DNA from: an uncultured bacterium
Lineage (GTDB): Bacteria > Babelota > Babeliae > Babelales > Babelaceae
DNA length: 64,000 nucleotides
NCBI GenBank assembly: GCA_963717435.1
Contig: OY970332.1
Coordinates: 736,001 to 800,000 of the forward strand
Reading direction: 5' to 3'
Shown here: in pieces, positions 47,003 to 56,649 of the stretch
Position numbering within the stretch: the first letter of the stretch is position 1
Layout of the letters: each line of letters starts with the position of its first letter
Translations under genes and position numbers: made by a program
The notes under the pieces: model-generated
The model's database searches: none
Told to the model about the DNA's origin: nothing
The model's input: only the letters and a program-made list of their open reading frames with translations

Positions 47003-48196
47003 TCAAGCTAGCAAATAGTTTTTTATTTGCCAAATTATACCCCAAAATGCATAAACGAAAATTACAAGTCCTGTTAAAATGCCCGATATTGCTGTATAAA
47101 CATAAAATCTATCTTGGTTTTTATGTTTGATAATTATAGTCAACATAGAACTTATATATGGCAAAACTATAAACACTGCGGTAAGTTCAAAAAAAAGTAC
47201 TGTACTTTTTAGCAAGATAGAATTAATGGCCGTTATGATGCCTACCAAAATTACTAAATTTTTATTTTGTAGTATCGCAAATCTTGTTTTTTTAATTAAC
47301 GCGGTTAGTAACATACTTGATGACCAGATGAGTGAGTGCAGCGTCCCAAGCATTGCAGTAAGTACTGAAAAATTTACGACTTTTGAGATCCACCAATACT
47401 GCGGTAAATTCTCCGCAAGAATTTGTGATAAAGTACTGCTTTCGTTTTGAAATTTATAAGCAGGAATTGCAAGCATAATAGAAGTTGTAAAAATTAAATA
47501 AATTATTCCAACAATCGCTATCGAATACGCAAGAGCGTTATAAACATTTTTTCCGGGATTTTTTACAATATTAAAAAGTGATGTCGCGCATTCAAAGCCA
47601 AAAAAACTAAATATCACAGTTTTTGTTGATGCGAAAATATTTGAGTATCCAAATGGAAAAAACGGAAACAGATTCGATAATTTTGCGTGCAACAAACAAA
47701 CAAGTGACGTCAACAAAATAGGCGTTACTGTGCATGCGACAAGAATTATCTGTCCAAGTTGTGAGATCGCTATTCCAAATACATTTAATATTGTAAGTAA
47801 TATTATAATAATCAAACTTAATAGTGGCGCCGGCGTATGAATTATATTTTCTCCTAAATATAAACCTGCCAATTTTGCTATTAATCCCATTCCTAGTGTA
47901 AGACCGATTATATAACTCATGGCTGCCGCGACGCCCAGATAGTGACCGCCCCACTGCTTTGTATAAGTATAAAAAGAGCCCTCTTCTGGATACAATTGCG
48001 CCACACGTGCAATAGAAACCGCCATTAGCCATACCGCAACAACAACAAAAAGATAGGTCAAAACTCCAGCGGGTCCGGCTGACTGCGAAAGGGCTAGCGG
48101 GACGCAAAATATTCCGCCGCCTATCATGGCATTTATTCCAACTATAGTGGCCGTTTTTACACCTATAGATCTTTCTGGTATTCTATTAGAGTTCAT
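47003..48196 (-). CDS. APC family amino acid permease
   Basis: INAMIGGGIF, AGPAG, PEEGSFY.Y, FSFFGFE; many TM segments. Confidence 0.92.
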   Translation of the reverse strand: MNSNRIPERSIGVKTATIVGINAMIGGGIFCVPLALSQSAGPAGVLTYLFVVVAVWLMAVSIARVAQLYPEEGSFYTYTKQWGGHYLGVAAAMSYIIGLTLGMGLIAKLAGLYLGENIIHTPAPLLSLIIIILLTILNVFGIAISQLGQIILVACTVTPILLTSLVCLLHAKLSNLFPFFPFGYSNIFASTKTVIFSFFGFECATSLFNIVKNPGKNVYNALAYSIAIVGIIYLIFTTSIMLAIPAYKFQNESSTLSQILAENLPQYWWISKVVNFSVLTAMLGTLHSLIWSSSMLLTALIKKTRFAILQNKNLVILVGIITAINSILLKSTVLFFELTAVFIVLPYISSMLTIIIKHKNQDRFYVYTAISGILTGLVIFVYAFWGIIWQIKNYLLA

Positions 48197-48248
48197 TTTT
48201 TGCCCTTATTTTTGTTGTTTTAGCAGACTTTTAACTTTCCAAGATTTT

Positions 48249-48500
48249 ATGATTTATTGTTTATATTATCAAGCCCATGTTAATAAACCGCAAACATGGT
48301 TTTTTGTTGCGATTTTAAGAAGTTACGAACATATCTGTTTTGATCGCACTTTGGACAAATCTCAAAGTGTGTTTGAATTTTATGTACCCAAAGATTTTGA
48401 ACAAGAATTTTTGTCCCTAATGGATATATTTCTAAAAACCGGCGTGATTTCTAATCTGATTAAATCTGAAAATAGAGTTTTGCTTGGGCAAGATTTATAA
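48249..48500 (+). CDS. Small conserved hypothetical protein (DUF4911-like)
   Basis: ATG 48249; WFFVAILRSYEHICFDRTLD. Confidence 0.55.
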   Translation: MIYCLYYQAHVNKPQTWFFVAILRSYEHICFDRTLDKSQSVFEFYVPKDFEQEFLSLMDIFLKTGVISNLIKSENRVLLGQDL

Positions 48501-48722
48501 AATTATTAATGAATTTGTTTAAAATTTTATTATTTTTAATAAATATAGCTATATTTGTGCTTTTTATAATGGATTATTGCCTGTATCGCAAAAGTAGTTT
48601 TTTAATTTTTGCCATTATTACTATTTTTATTACTGTTTCTTGAATTTATATCCCTCAAAAAGCTAAAATACCCAATATAAAAATTATTAACTTATTAAAC
48701 TCAACTTATTAATGGGGAAATA

Positions 48723-49055
48723 ATGCGCCGAGCAATTAAAAATTTTTATTTGATTTTAAGTTTGGTCAGTTTTACAAATATTTCTGGTCTGTTTGTCCAA
48801 GATTGTGATCAAATAACCAGCTTTACGGAAATTTGTTCTATTATTGGGCAGCTAGAAAGTCAGGATAAGAACCCGGAACAAACAGATATTCAACCCACTG
48901 GGCAAGAACGGGCCAAAAACATTAATAATATTACATATCAGCCCGAAATCGGGCTAAAAAAGCCAGAAACCGTACCTCAAGGACCATTTTGGTACAAAGT
49001 TGCCTATATTATTGCCAAGCTTAAAGCTATTTCAACTTATGTGGTCTTATTTTAG
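48723..49055 (+). CDS. Hypothetical exported protein
   Basis: 110 aa with signal-like N-terminus. Confidence 0.55.
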   Translation: MRRAIKNFYLILSLVSFTNISGLFVQDCDQITSFTEICSIIGQLESQDKNPEQTDIQPTGQERAKNINNITYQPEIGLKKPETVPQGPFWYKVAYIIAKLKAISTYVVLF

Positions 49056-49197
49056 ACCCAAAAATCCCGCCATTTTAATTCTATATGAATTTTGCAGCTT
49101 CTCTTGTTTTTCTATCAGTAAATTTAATAAGCTTAAATTAGGTATGCTGTTAGTACTATTGGGTGTACAAAAAGCTATTAATTATTTAGGGGGCGTT

Positions 49198-49404
49198 ATG
49201 TCAGTTATGAAAAGAAGTTTTATATTTTGTTCTGTTGTACTTGCAATAACTTTTTCATGCTTGTGTATTGAAAGTGGACAAAGTAAAGAAATAGAAAAAA
49301 AATCTACAGCCAAAAAAAGCAAAAAATCACCAGAGGCTGGGGCGCCAATACGCGTTCTGCCAAAGTATGTTTTTTCTGGACCCAAAGATGATAAAAATGC
49401 TTAA
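49198..49404 (+). CDS. Small exported basic protein
   Basis: ATG 49198 after AGGGG, hydrophobic signal, Lys-rich remainder. Confidence 0.45.
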   Translation: MSVMKRSFIFCSVVLAITFSCLCIESGQSKEIEKKSTAKKSKKSPEAGAPIRVLPKYVFSGPKDDKNA

Positions 49405-49428
49405 TTAATTTTAATTACGGAGTTAGTA

Positions 49429-49971
49429 ATGAAAAAGATATTTTTGATTTTAAGTTTGATAGGCTGCAATTATCTTTTATTTGCGGATCCAATAAATATG
49501 CCTGGTGATGGGGGAGGTTCTGTGACCGAGATTAAAAAATTGCGAAGTGATCTGGCGCAAAATATTGAGAGCCAAAAAGATACTTTAATTAAAGACTTTG
49601 AAGAAGCCAGACAATTGGCAGCTAAATCAAAAAATAAAGACTTAGAAAAAATTTTGATTGCTATCGGAGAAGAAGTTAACTCAATAAAAATTTTGATTAA
49701 TTTAACCAAGTCTAAGGATTTTGTTAAAGCGACAAAATTGAGATCTCAAATTCAGCTGAAAAACTTATCTATCAGACAAGAAATTGCAGATTTCAAATTT
49801 GATAGAAAAAATAAAAATCTACAAGAAAAATTACAAGGGTTGGTTGGATATCCGCCTAGGGAAGAAAAAAAATTGTTTGGATCTACAGCTGAGATTGCCG
49901 GTAATACTGGTTCGATTTATGACTTACTTAAGATAATCGGTGATTACATAAAAGAATTACAATACAAGTAA
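49429..49971 (+). CDS. Secreted helical protein, array member (divergent, single unit)
   Basis: MKKIFLILSLIGC..LFAD, KDLEKI, G..YD.L; similar to next gene. Confidence 0.75.
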   Translation: MKKIFLILSLIGCNYLLFADPINMPGDGGGSVTEIKKLRSDLAQNIESQKDTLIKDFEEARQLAAKSKNKDLEKILIAIGEEVNSIKILINLTKSKDFVKATKLRSQIQLKNLSIRQEIADFKFDRKNKNLQEKLQGLVGYPPREEKKLFGSTAEIAGNTGSIYDLLKIIGDYIKELQYK

Positions 49972-50031
49972 AACTTTAAAATAAATATTGGGTATGTGAG
50001 AAAAAGTAATATTTCAGAGTATGGAGATGTA

Positions 50032-50634
50032 ATGAAAAAGATATTTTTAGTTTTGGGTTTGCTAGGTTGCAGCAATATTTTGTTTGCAGACAAAGAGTCA
50101 GCTCAAGATTTGATAGATTATTTAGAACCTATTTCACAAGTAGTTTTTTTGGGTAATAAAGTTGATCTCTCCGAAGGAATCAAGGAAAGCCGATGGGATT
50201 CTTGGAACCACGCTTTAGATCGCGTACGAAATTTTATTTTAGCTTCAGGACAAAAAGATTTAGAAATTTTTGTTAAAAAATCTGGAGAAACTGGCTTTAA
50301 AGAAAATTTATCGATATATGGCTTATCAAATAAGCTTAATGAGAATATTAAAAAACTTGTGAAGCTAAAAAACTCTAATAAGATTGAAGCTTTAAAGCAA
50401 GAAGCACAAAAATTCAATTTTCAAATGTCCCAAGATATTCTAGCGGCCCGCAACGCACTTCATAATATAAAAGTATCAATGCCGCAAAAAGAAAAAGAAG
50501 TTCTGGAATATTTCTTTGGTTATTTTGCAGACCCTGAAAAAGGTAGACCGGTAAACAAACAGGGACTTTTTTACGATATTCTTGAGAAAAAATTGACCAG
50601 AAATTTTTTGAAGGGCATAAGTCTTGCGGTTTAA
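50032..50634 (+). CDS. Secreted helical protein, array member (single unit)
   Basis: MKKIFLVLGLLGC..LFAD; W...L..V..F...SG.KDL..FV also seen in 60482 and 62190. Confidence 0.8.
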   Translation: MKKIFLVLGLLGCSNILFADKESAQDLIDYLEPISQVVFLGNKVDLSEGIKESRWDSWNHALDRVRNFILASGQKDLEIFVKKSGETGFKENLSIYGLSNKLNENIKKLVKLKNSNKIEALKQEAQKFNFQMSQDILAARNALHNIKVSMPQKEKEVLEYFFGYFADPEKGRPVNKQGLFYDILEKKLTRNFLKGISLAV

Positions 50635-50736
50635 AGGTAAAAAATAGATAGTTATTTTAATAAGTATAACGACTGTGTAAAAATATGTTGTTTACCCGGC
50701 GGCTCTTATTTTGGGCCAATTTGAGATTGTAAATTT

Positions 50737-50864
50737 ACAGGGCGCGTGTCGTGATGATACGCGCCCTGTATTCTTTAAAAATTAAATTATTGACTAATAT
50801 CTAGTTATTGTGGAAAACTCATTTTTGGATTAAAAAAATATATTAAAAAAAGAAGGAGATTGTG
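50737..50864 (+). repeat. Array intergenic unit 1 (GC hairpin, AT-rich leader, RBS)
   Basis: ACAGGGCGCGTGTC-GTGAT-GATACGCGCCCTGT...TTATTGA...AGAAGGAGATTGTG. Confidence 0.9.
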
Positions 50865-52451
50865 ATGAAAAAGATATTGTTGTTAGCTCTAATGTTGGGC
50901 GGAGCAATTTGGGGACAGGAATATGAGAAAACCCAGGCAGAACTCGCTAAAGAACGTGGTGCACCAAAGGGGCTAGATCCGCAGGAATTATATAGTGATA
51001 TTTTTCAAGTTGCCAACGATCTGTTCAATTTAAAAAATGAAAAAAAACCCGCAAAGTTCAGCCAGAACGATATTGATGCTAAGGTTAAACTTTTGACTAG
51101 CTATATCGAAGATGCGGCCTCCTATATAAAAACAAATATCAAGGGAAATTCTATAATCAGCACAAATTTGAACTCCTACAATTCTGGAATAACTGGAAGA
51201 TTGAGCGCAGTGAGATCTGCCGAGTTGGCGAACAATACTAAACTGATATCAGAAGAATTGCTTTCGATTTACAAAATTGCTAACACTTACATAGAAGGCG
51301 TAATTTCTGAATTAAATGCGTTTAAACCATCAGATTCTGGGGCTGAGCAGGCTAAAAAATTGGCTTTAAATATTTTCAAGCTCTTGCAGAACATTGGAAA
51401 TAAAATTATTGCTGATTACACTTTCTCACCTGGAGAGGTATCAGAGGAAATTAATACCGATGTTACATATGTTTTCATGAAAGCTGATTGGGTGAAAAGT
51501 AAGGGTGTACGCCGGGATAAATCAGACGATTTAAAGCGGTTATTTACAAAATTGGGATACCTGGTTAACTTTGCCAATGATGGATTTAAAACCCCATATA
51601 AGGTTATTACGGCTCTTTATATGTCTACTATTGATGCGATTAATGACTTCTCGGAAGCTTTTAAAAACAACGAGCCACTTGTTTTTCAGGAAGGACAACA
51701 TGAAGAAAAAGAGTCTTTAAGAGAATTTTTGAACACGCGCGCTTCTGATATCAAAAATACTATTAATAAAGCGGTCGATAACCTCACAACTAAAACAGCA
51801 GCTGACAAAAATGCAAAGGCGATTTTGCAGCTCTTATTGAAGTTGTATGAGCCTATCTTAAAGAAAATTGAAAAGGAGTTTGATTATAAATCAGCTATGA
51901 AAAAGGCTATTGATTCAATCACATTCAAAGGAAATATTTACAGTTTGCAGACTCTGGGTTCTCAGTTTCAACAAATTAATGCTCTTGATTCGCAGTTGCA
52001 AGCATTTATCGGCTCAGAAGGTAAGTATAATAAAGATAAATATAATAGTTATCAAGAATGTTTTGTAAGAATTTATGACCTCATGACTGTTCTTTATTCA
52101 GAACGATCCACCTTAGAATCAAAGGAACGAAGTGAAAAATCATCAACTGTGAATAAATATATTAGCTCGATGAACGAAGAGCTCAAGAACGCTGGAGTCT
52201 TAATCGATAAAATATCTGAATCAAAAGTGGTTAGGTCGATTCTAAAAGATTTATTATCAAAATATAAAGATTTTATTAATAAATTTGAGGATGATATGAG
52301 AACCTCTTTGAAACTTACGTTCTCAGAAACAGTTAAATCGATATTCTCTATTGGAGGAAAAAAGAGGAGTGCAGGAGAAGAACTAACAGCAACATACACA
52401 GGCGGAAAAAGAGAACGAATAAAGCCATTAAAACCTTATAAACAAGACTAA
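50865..52451 (+). CDS. Secreted helical-repeat protein (3 units)
   Basis: Units end LLQNIGNKIIADYTF / ADKNAKAIL.LLLKLY / LKDLLSKY..F..KFEDDM. Confidence 0.85.
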   Translation: MKKILLLALMLGGAIWGQEYEKTQAELAKERGAPKGLDPQELYSDIFQVANDLFNLKNEKKPAKFSQNDIDAKVKLLTSYIEDAASYIKTNIKGNSIISTNLNSYNSGITGRLSAVRSAELANNTKLISEELLSIYKIANTYIEGVISELNAFKPSDSGAEQAKKLALNIFKLLQNIGNKIIADYTFSPGEVSEEINTDVTYVFMKADWVKSKGVRRDKSDDLKRLFTKLGYLVNFANDGFKTPYKVITALYMSTIDAINDFSEAFKNNEPLVFQEGQHEEKESLREFLNTRASDIKNTINKAVDNLTTKTAADKNAKAILQLLLKLYEPILKKIEKEFDYKSAMKKAIDSITFKGNIYSLQTLGSQFQQINALDSQLQAFIGSEGKYNKDKYNSYQECFVRIYDLMTVLYSERSTLESKERSEKSSTVNKYISSMNEELKNAGVLIDKISESKVVRSILKDLLSKYKDFINKFEDDMRTSLKLTFSETVKSIFSIGGKKRSAGEELTATYTGGKRERIKPLKPYKQD

Positions 52452-52480
52452 AAAATAGGTTTGGTGTAGAACGATAATTT

Positions 52481-52603
52481 ACAGGGCGCGTGTCTTGACG
52501 ATACGCGCCTTGTATTATTTTAAAATAAATTATTGATTAATTCGTGTCGATTATGAAAAGCTTATTTTTGAATAAAAAAAGAGTAAAAAAGAAGGAGATT
52601 GTG
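52481..52603 (+). repeat. Array intergenic unit 2
   Basis: ACAGGGCGCGTGTC-TTGAC-GATACGCGCCTTGT plus conserved leader and RBS. Confidence 0.9.
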
Positions 52604-54205
52604 ATGAAAAAGATATTATTACTGTCAGCGCTGATTTTGTGCGGTTCAATTTGGGGAAGGGAGCCTGAAAAAACTCAGGCGGAAATCGCCAAAGAACGTG
52701 GTGCAGCAAAGGGTCTGGATCCTCGGGTGTTATATAGTGATATTTTTCAAGTTGCCAACGATCTGTTCAATTTAAAAAATGAAAAAAACCCCGCAAAGTT
52801 CAGCCAGGAAGATATTAATACTAAGATTAAACTTTTGAATGGCTATATCGAAGATGCGGTTACTTATATTAAGACAAATATGAAAGAAGAACGCGTAGCG
52901 CATACGGTCGTAAAAACGTATAGTGCTGAGATAATTAATAGATTCAATGCATTGCGAACTAAAAATAGGTCATTCATCACAGAGGAATTACGTTCAATTT
53001 ACAAAGTTTCGAATATTACTATCGCAAATTTGATTCCTGAACTAAATACATTGAAAATGTCGAATCCTGATGCAGAAGCGGCCAAAAATCTTGTTTTAAA
53101 TATTTGCAAGCTCTTGCAGAATATTGGAAACAAAATTATTGCTGATTATACTTTTGGTTCAGTGGCTGAATTAAAAGGAACAATGGAAACTGTTCTTCAA
53201 GCTATTTTTTACCGGCATAACTATCAGGATGGGGTCAAACAAGACGAGATACAAGTTTTCAATACTTATTTCACAAAATTGGGATACGTGGTTAATTTTG
53301 GCGACAATCTAGATTTTATGCGGAAATTTACAGCTATTTATGCGCTTTATAATTCCACTATTGATGCGATTAATGCATTCGCGCAAGCTTTTGCAAAAAA
53401 GGGAGCACTTGTTTTTAACGGCGAGCCTTTGAGGGGATTTTTGACAAATAAAACTTCTGATTTCAAAAATATTAGTAAAGCGGTCGATAAAGTTGCAACT
53501 GAAACAGCAGCTGACAAAAATGCAAAGGCGATTTTGCAGCTCTTATTGAAGATGTATGAGCCTATCTTGAAAAAGATCGAAAAAGAATTTGATTATAAAT
53601 CAGCTATGAAAAAGGATATTGATTCTATCAAGTTTACGGGTGATTTTTCCAAACCACAATTTCTAGAAGAGTCGTTACGCAAATTGCGTTTGGCTGCTTG
53701 GCAATTGGAATCATTTCTTGGCTCAGAAGGGTATGATTCAGGTCAATATACGTTCTATAATCAGGATTTATACGCAATGATGAGGTTAATGGGTGATCTT
53801 TATTGGGACTTGTCTGTCATAGCATCAAAGGATCGCGCCGAAAGGGTGTCGTGGGTAGATCGGGATATTGACGCGATGAACGAGTTGATTAAGAGTGCTG
53901 GATCTTTAATCAATAAAATATCCCAATCAGAATCAGCTAGATCGCTCCTGAAAGCTTTATTATCGAAGTTTAAGGATTTTGTTAATAAATTTGGGGACTA
54001 TACGAGGAAATCTTTGAAGATTACAACATTAGACGAAGTTAAAGAAAAAGCTAAAAGATTTAAAGAATTTTTAACGGGCGGAAAGAAGAGTGATGTAGCA
54101 AAAGCAAGAGAGGCATTCGAAGCCCCAAGAGGCAACGAACCAATAATGACATACGAATTTGAAGGGCAGGGAACAGAAATCCCATACGGTAAACAGGAAG
54201 AATAA
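52604..54205 (+). CDS. Secreted helical-repeat protein (3 units)
   Basis: N-terminal region near-identical to 50865 gene; same unit-end motifs. Confidence 0.85.
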   Translation: MKKILLLSALILCGSIWGREPEKTQAEIAKERGAAKGLDPRVLYSDIFQVANDLFNLKNEKNPAKFSQEDINTKIKLLNGYIEDAVTYIKTNMKEERVAHTVVKTYSAEIINRFNALRTKNRSFITEELRSIYKVSNITIANLIPELNTLKMSNPDAEAAKNLVLNICKLLQNIGNKIIADYTFGSVAELKGTMETVLQAIFYRHNYQDGVKQDEIQVFNTYFTKLGYVVNFGDNLDFMRKFTAIYALYNSTIDAINAFAQAFAKKGALVFNGEPLRGFLTNKTSDFKNISKAVDKVATETAADKNAKAILQLLLKMYEPILKKIEKEFDYKSAMKKDIDSIKFTGDFSKPQFLEESLRKLRLAAWQLESFLGSEGYDSGQYTFYNQDLYAMMRLMGDLYWDLSVIASKDRAERVSWVDRDIDAMNELIKSAGSLINKISQSESARSLLKALLSKFKDFVNKFGDYTRKSLKITTLDEVKEKAKRFKEFLTGGKKSDVAKAREAFEAPRGNEPIMTYEFEGQGTEIPYGKQEE

Positions 54206-54229
54206 AAAATACTCTTGATAAAGAGCGAT

Positions 54230-54351
54230 AAAGGGCGTGTGTCATCAAGACACGCGCCCTTTATTGTTTAAATAAATTATTGATTAATTTGTAGTTATTA
54301 TGAAAAACTTATTTTTGAATTAAAAATATACCAAAAAAGAAGGAGATTTTG
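54230..54351 (+). repeat. Array intergenic unit 3
   Basis: AAAGGGCGTGTGTC-ATCAA-GACACGCGCCCTTT (compensatory changes) plus leader. Confidence 0.9.
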
Positions 54352-56424
54352 ATGAAAAAGATATTGTTACTGTCGGCGCTGATTTTGTTGAGCACATTTA
54401 ATTTTGTGCCGATTTTTTCAAAATCAAATTTTGGTGGCCCTAATTTACCTAGTGTAGCTGATTCCAATTATGCAGATAAACTATATGAAGATATCTTGAA
54501 GGGCGCAAAACAAACAACATTATTTGGTTTAGAAAAAAAATCTGATCTTTCAAAATGGGACATCACAAATCGCGCTTATGTAGCTTTCTGGAACGATGAT
54601 ATCAGATTGGCAAGTGAATATATCGGAATGGTTAGTACCATAAACGAGAGAGCCAAAAAACCCAACACAATTTTGGAGGATGCAGCAGAAAATTTAGTCG
54701 CTTCAAATTCAGTGATAATTTATGCATTTACAAATTTGCCGGTCGAAGTAAAGCAGAGAGACAAGACGAGCGCTTCCAAACTTTTGCACGATGTTTATGC
54801 AACTATTAACACAAATATACCCGATTCAGTTTCGAAGTTAAATGGTCTTAAAAAAGTTATTGAGCAAGACGGATATGCGAAAAAACTGGGCCTGGATCTG
54901 TTCAAGCTTTTACAGGTAATCGGGAGCAAAATTATTGTTGATTATGCTTTTGAGCCTAAAGATGCGTTAAAGACAATTGAGAATTCTATACGCGGTATAT
55001 TTTTGCCAAAAGATTATTATACCCAGATTGGTTTGGTCGAATTTCCCGGAAAAAAAATAGTTCTTGATGCATTATTTAACAGACTAGACTATGTAGTTAA
55101 TTTTAGCGATAACGGCACTTTATGGGCTAATTTTTCTTTAATTAAGCAGCTTTATATTTCTGCGCTTAATGTAATCGAATCTGCTTCAGGGGCTTTCGGG
55201 AAAAAAGAGCCGTTCACTAAAGTTTATAATAACAAACAGTCTTTGAATCAATTCTTGGAAGACGAAAGTCGTATTCTAAAAGAGACCAGTAAAGGGGTCG
55301 ATAATATCGGGGCCAACAAACCAGCTGACAAAAATGGCGTGGCGATTTTGAAATTGTTGTTGAAGTTATATGGACAAATCTTGGAGAAAATTAAAAAAGA
55401 TTTTGATTATAGGCCATTGATTAAGAAAGAACTTGAAATAATCGAAAAAGGTAAATATGACTTTAACACACTTGAGAATATAAACGCGTTTCTTAATGCC
55501 GCGAACTGGGTTCGTTTGTTCGGAGTTTCAGAAGATCATAACTTTAAAACAGAGACGTGGCAGAAAGATTTCGTAACTAATTTAATGGGGTTATATGATG
55601 GAATAATAACTTTTACAAAGACTTCTGAGCGGCTAAAGAGAGAATCGACAAATGCTAAAGATGCTTCGTTAAAAGCTTTTAATGATATCGCAAAGCCTCT
55701 TTTGAAGAAAGCTGAAGGAGCCATAAATCAAGTTTCGAGCGTGAAGGCAGTCCAGACAGTAATGAAGGATCTGCTTGCTACTTACAAAATTATGCTTGAT
55801 AAATTTGAAGATGATATGAAAAATAAGTTGGGAATTACACGTTTGGCCAGATTTAAAAATGCGGTTTTTGGAGAAGAGAAAGGCGAGCCAGGAGCAGGCG
55901 AGCAGAAGCAAGGTTCTGAGGAGCTCGAAGCAAAAGCGAGCAGTAAGTCAGCAGCTACGACTGCAACAAGTGAAGCAAAACAATCTTCAAAACCTAAGAT
56001 GACAAAACAAGATATATTGAATTCGCTGGGAACAGTCAACCTAAATGTTGATTTGATGAAGGCGAATAACTTATATGATGCGACTAGAAAACTTCGTGAC
56101 ATTGTGTCTGTCAAGTTTGTTGAGCAATCACCATCCAAATTTAATTTTAGGAAATATGATACTTATCGGGGGAATTTATTGGACCTTATTGTTTTCATCA
56201 CTGAGATTAACGATCTTGCTAAAAATGAAGATAGAGATGTGAAATACAGGAAATTTATAAACGACACAGACGATGTTTTGAGTGCAGCTCAAGGCGAAAT
56301 AGCCGCCATAACCCAAGACGAAGATCAAGAGTCAGTTCTGAAAGATATAATGGCAAAATTTAGGCAGTTCCGTGATGAATTTGCAAAGCAACTGGCAGCG
56401 AAGCTTGAGATTAAAACATCATAG
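54352..56424 (+). CDS. Secreted helical-repeat protein (4 units)
   Basis: First ~270 bp shared with 58777 gene; middle shared with 56650 gene. Confidence 0.85.
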   Translation: MKKILLLSALILLSTFNFVPIFSKSNFGGPNLPSVADSNYADKLYEDILKGAKQTTLFGLEKKSDLSKWDITNRAYVAFWNDDIRLASEYIGMVSTINERAKKPNTILEDAAENLVASNSVIIYAFTNLPVEVKQRDKTSASKLLHDVYATINTNIPDSVSKLNGLKKVIEQDGYAKKLGLDLFKLLQVIGSKIIVDYAFEPKDALKTIENSIRGIFLPKDYYTQIGLVEFPGKKIVLDALFNRLDYVVNFSDNGTLWANFSLIKQLYISALNVIESASGAFGKKEPFTKVYNNKQSLNQFLEDESRILKETSKGVDNIGANKPADKNGVAILKLLLKLYGQILEKIKKDFDYRPLIKKELEIIEKGKYDFNTLENINAFLNAANWVRLFGVSEDHNFKTETWQKDFVTNLMGLYDGIITFTKTSERLKRESTNAKDASLKAFNDIAKPLLKKAEGAINQVSSVKAVQTVMKDLLATYKIMLDKFEDDMKNKLGITRLARFKNAVFGEEKGEPGAGEQKQGSEELEAKASSKSAATTATSEAKQSSKPKMTKQDILNSLGTVNLNVDLMKANNLYDATRKLRDIVSVKFVEQSPSKFNFRKYDTYRGNLLDLIVFITEINDLAKNEDRDVKYRKFINDTDDVLSAAQGEIAAITQDEDQESVLKDIMAKFRQFRDEFAKQLAAKLEIKTS

Positions 56425-56443
56425 CTTGATATGCTATAAATTT

Positions 56444-56530
56444 GCAGGGCGTGTGTCTTTTGGCACGCGCCCTGTTTTTGTTTGAATAAAAATTATTGCT
56501 TAATTTCATGTGATTGTGGAAAACTTGTTT
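56444..56530 (+). repeat. Array intergenic unit 4
   Basis: GCAGGGCGTGTGTC-TTTT-GGCACGCGCCCTGT plus partial leader. Confidence 0.85.
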
Positions 56531-56649
56531 GGGAAAGTAATCAAAATACGTGTTTGAGAGAGTTTAAGCAGTTTCGGGCAAGTTATAAGCTCAAGGCAGA
56601 ATTAGAATAATTTATAATCTAAAAAATTAAGATAGAAGAAAGAATTGTG

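Noticed and set aside
47607-48107. 166-aa alternative-frame ORF
   Set aside because: Entirely within the well-supported APC permease
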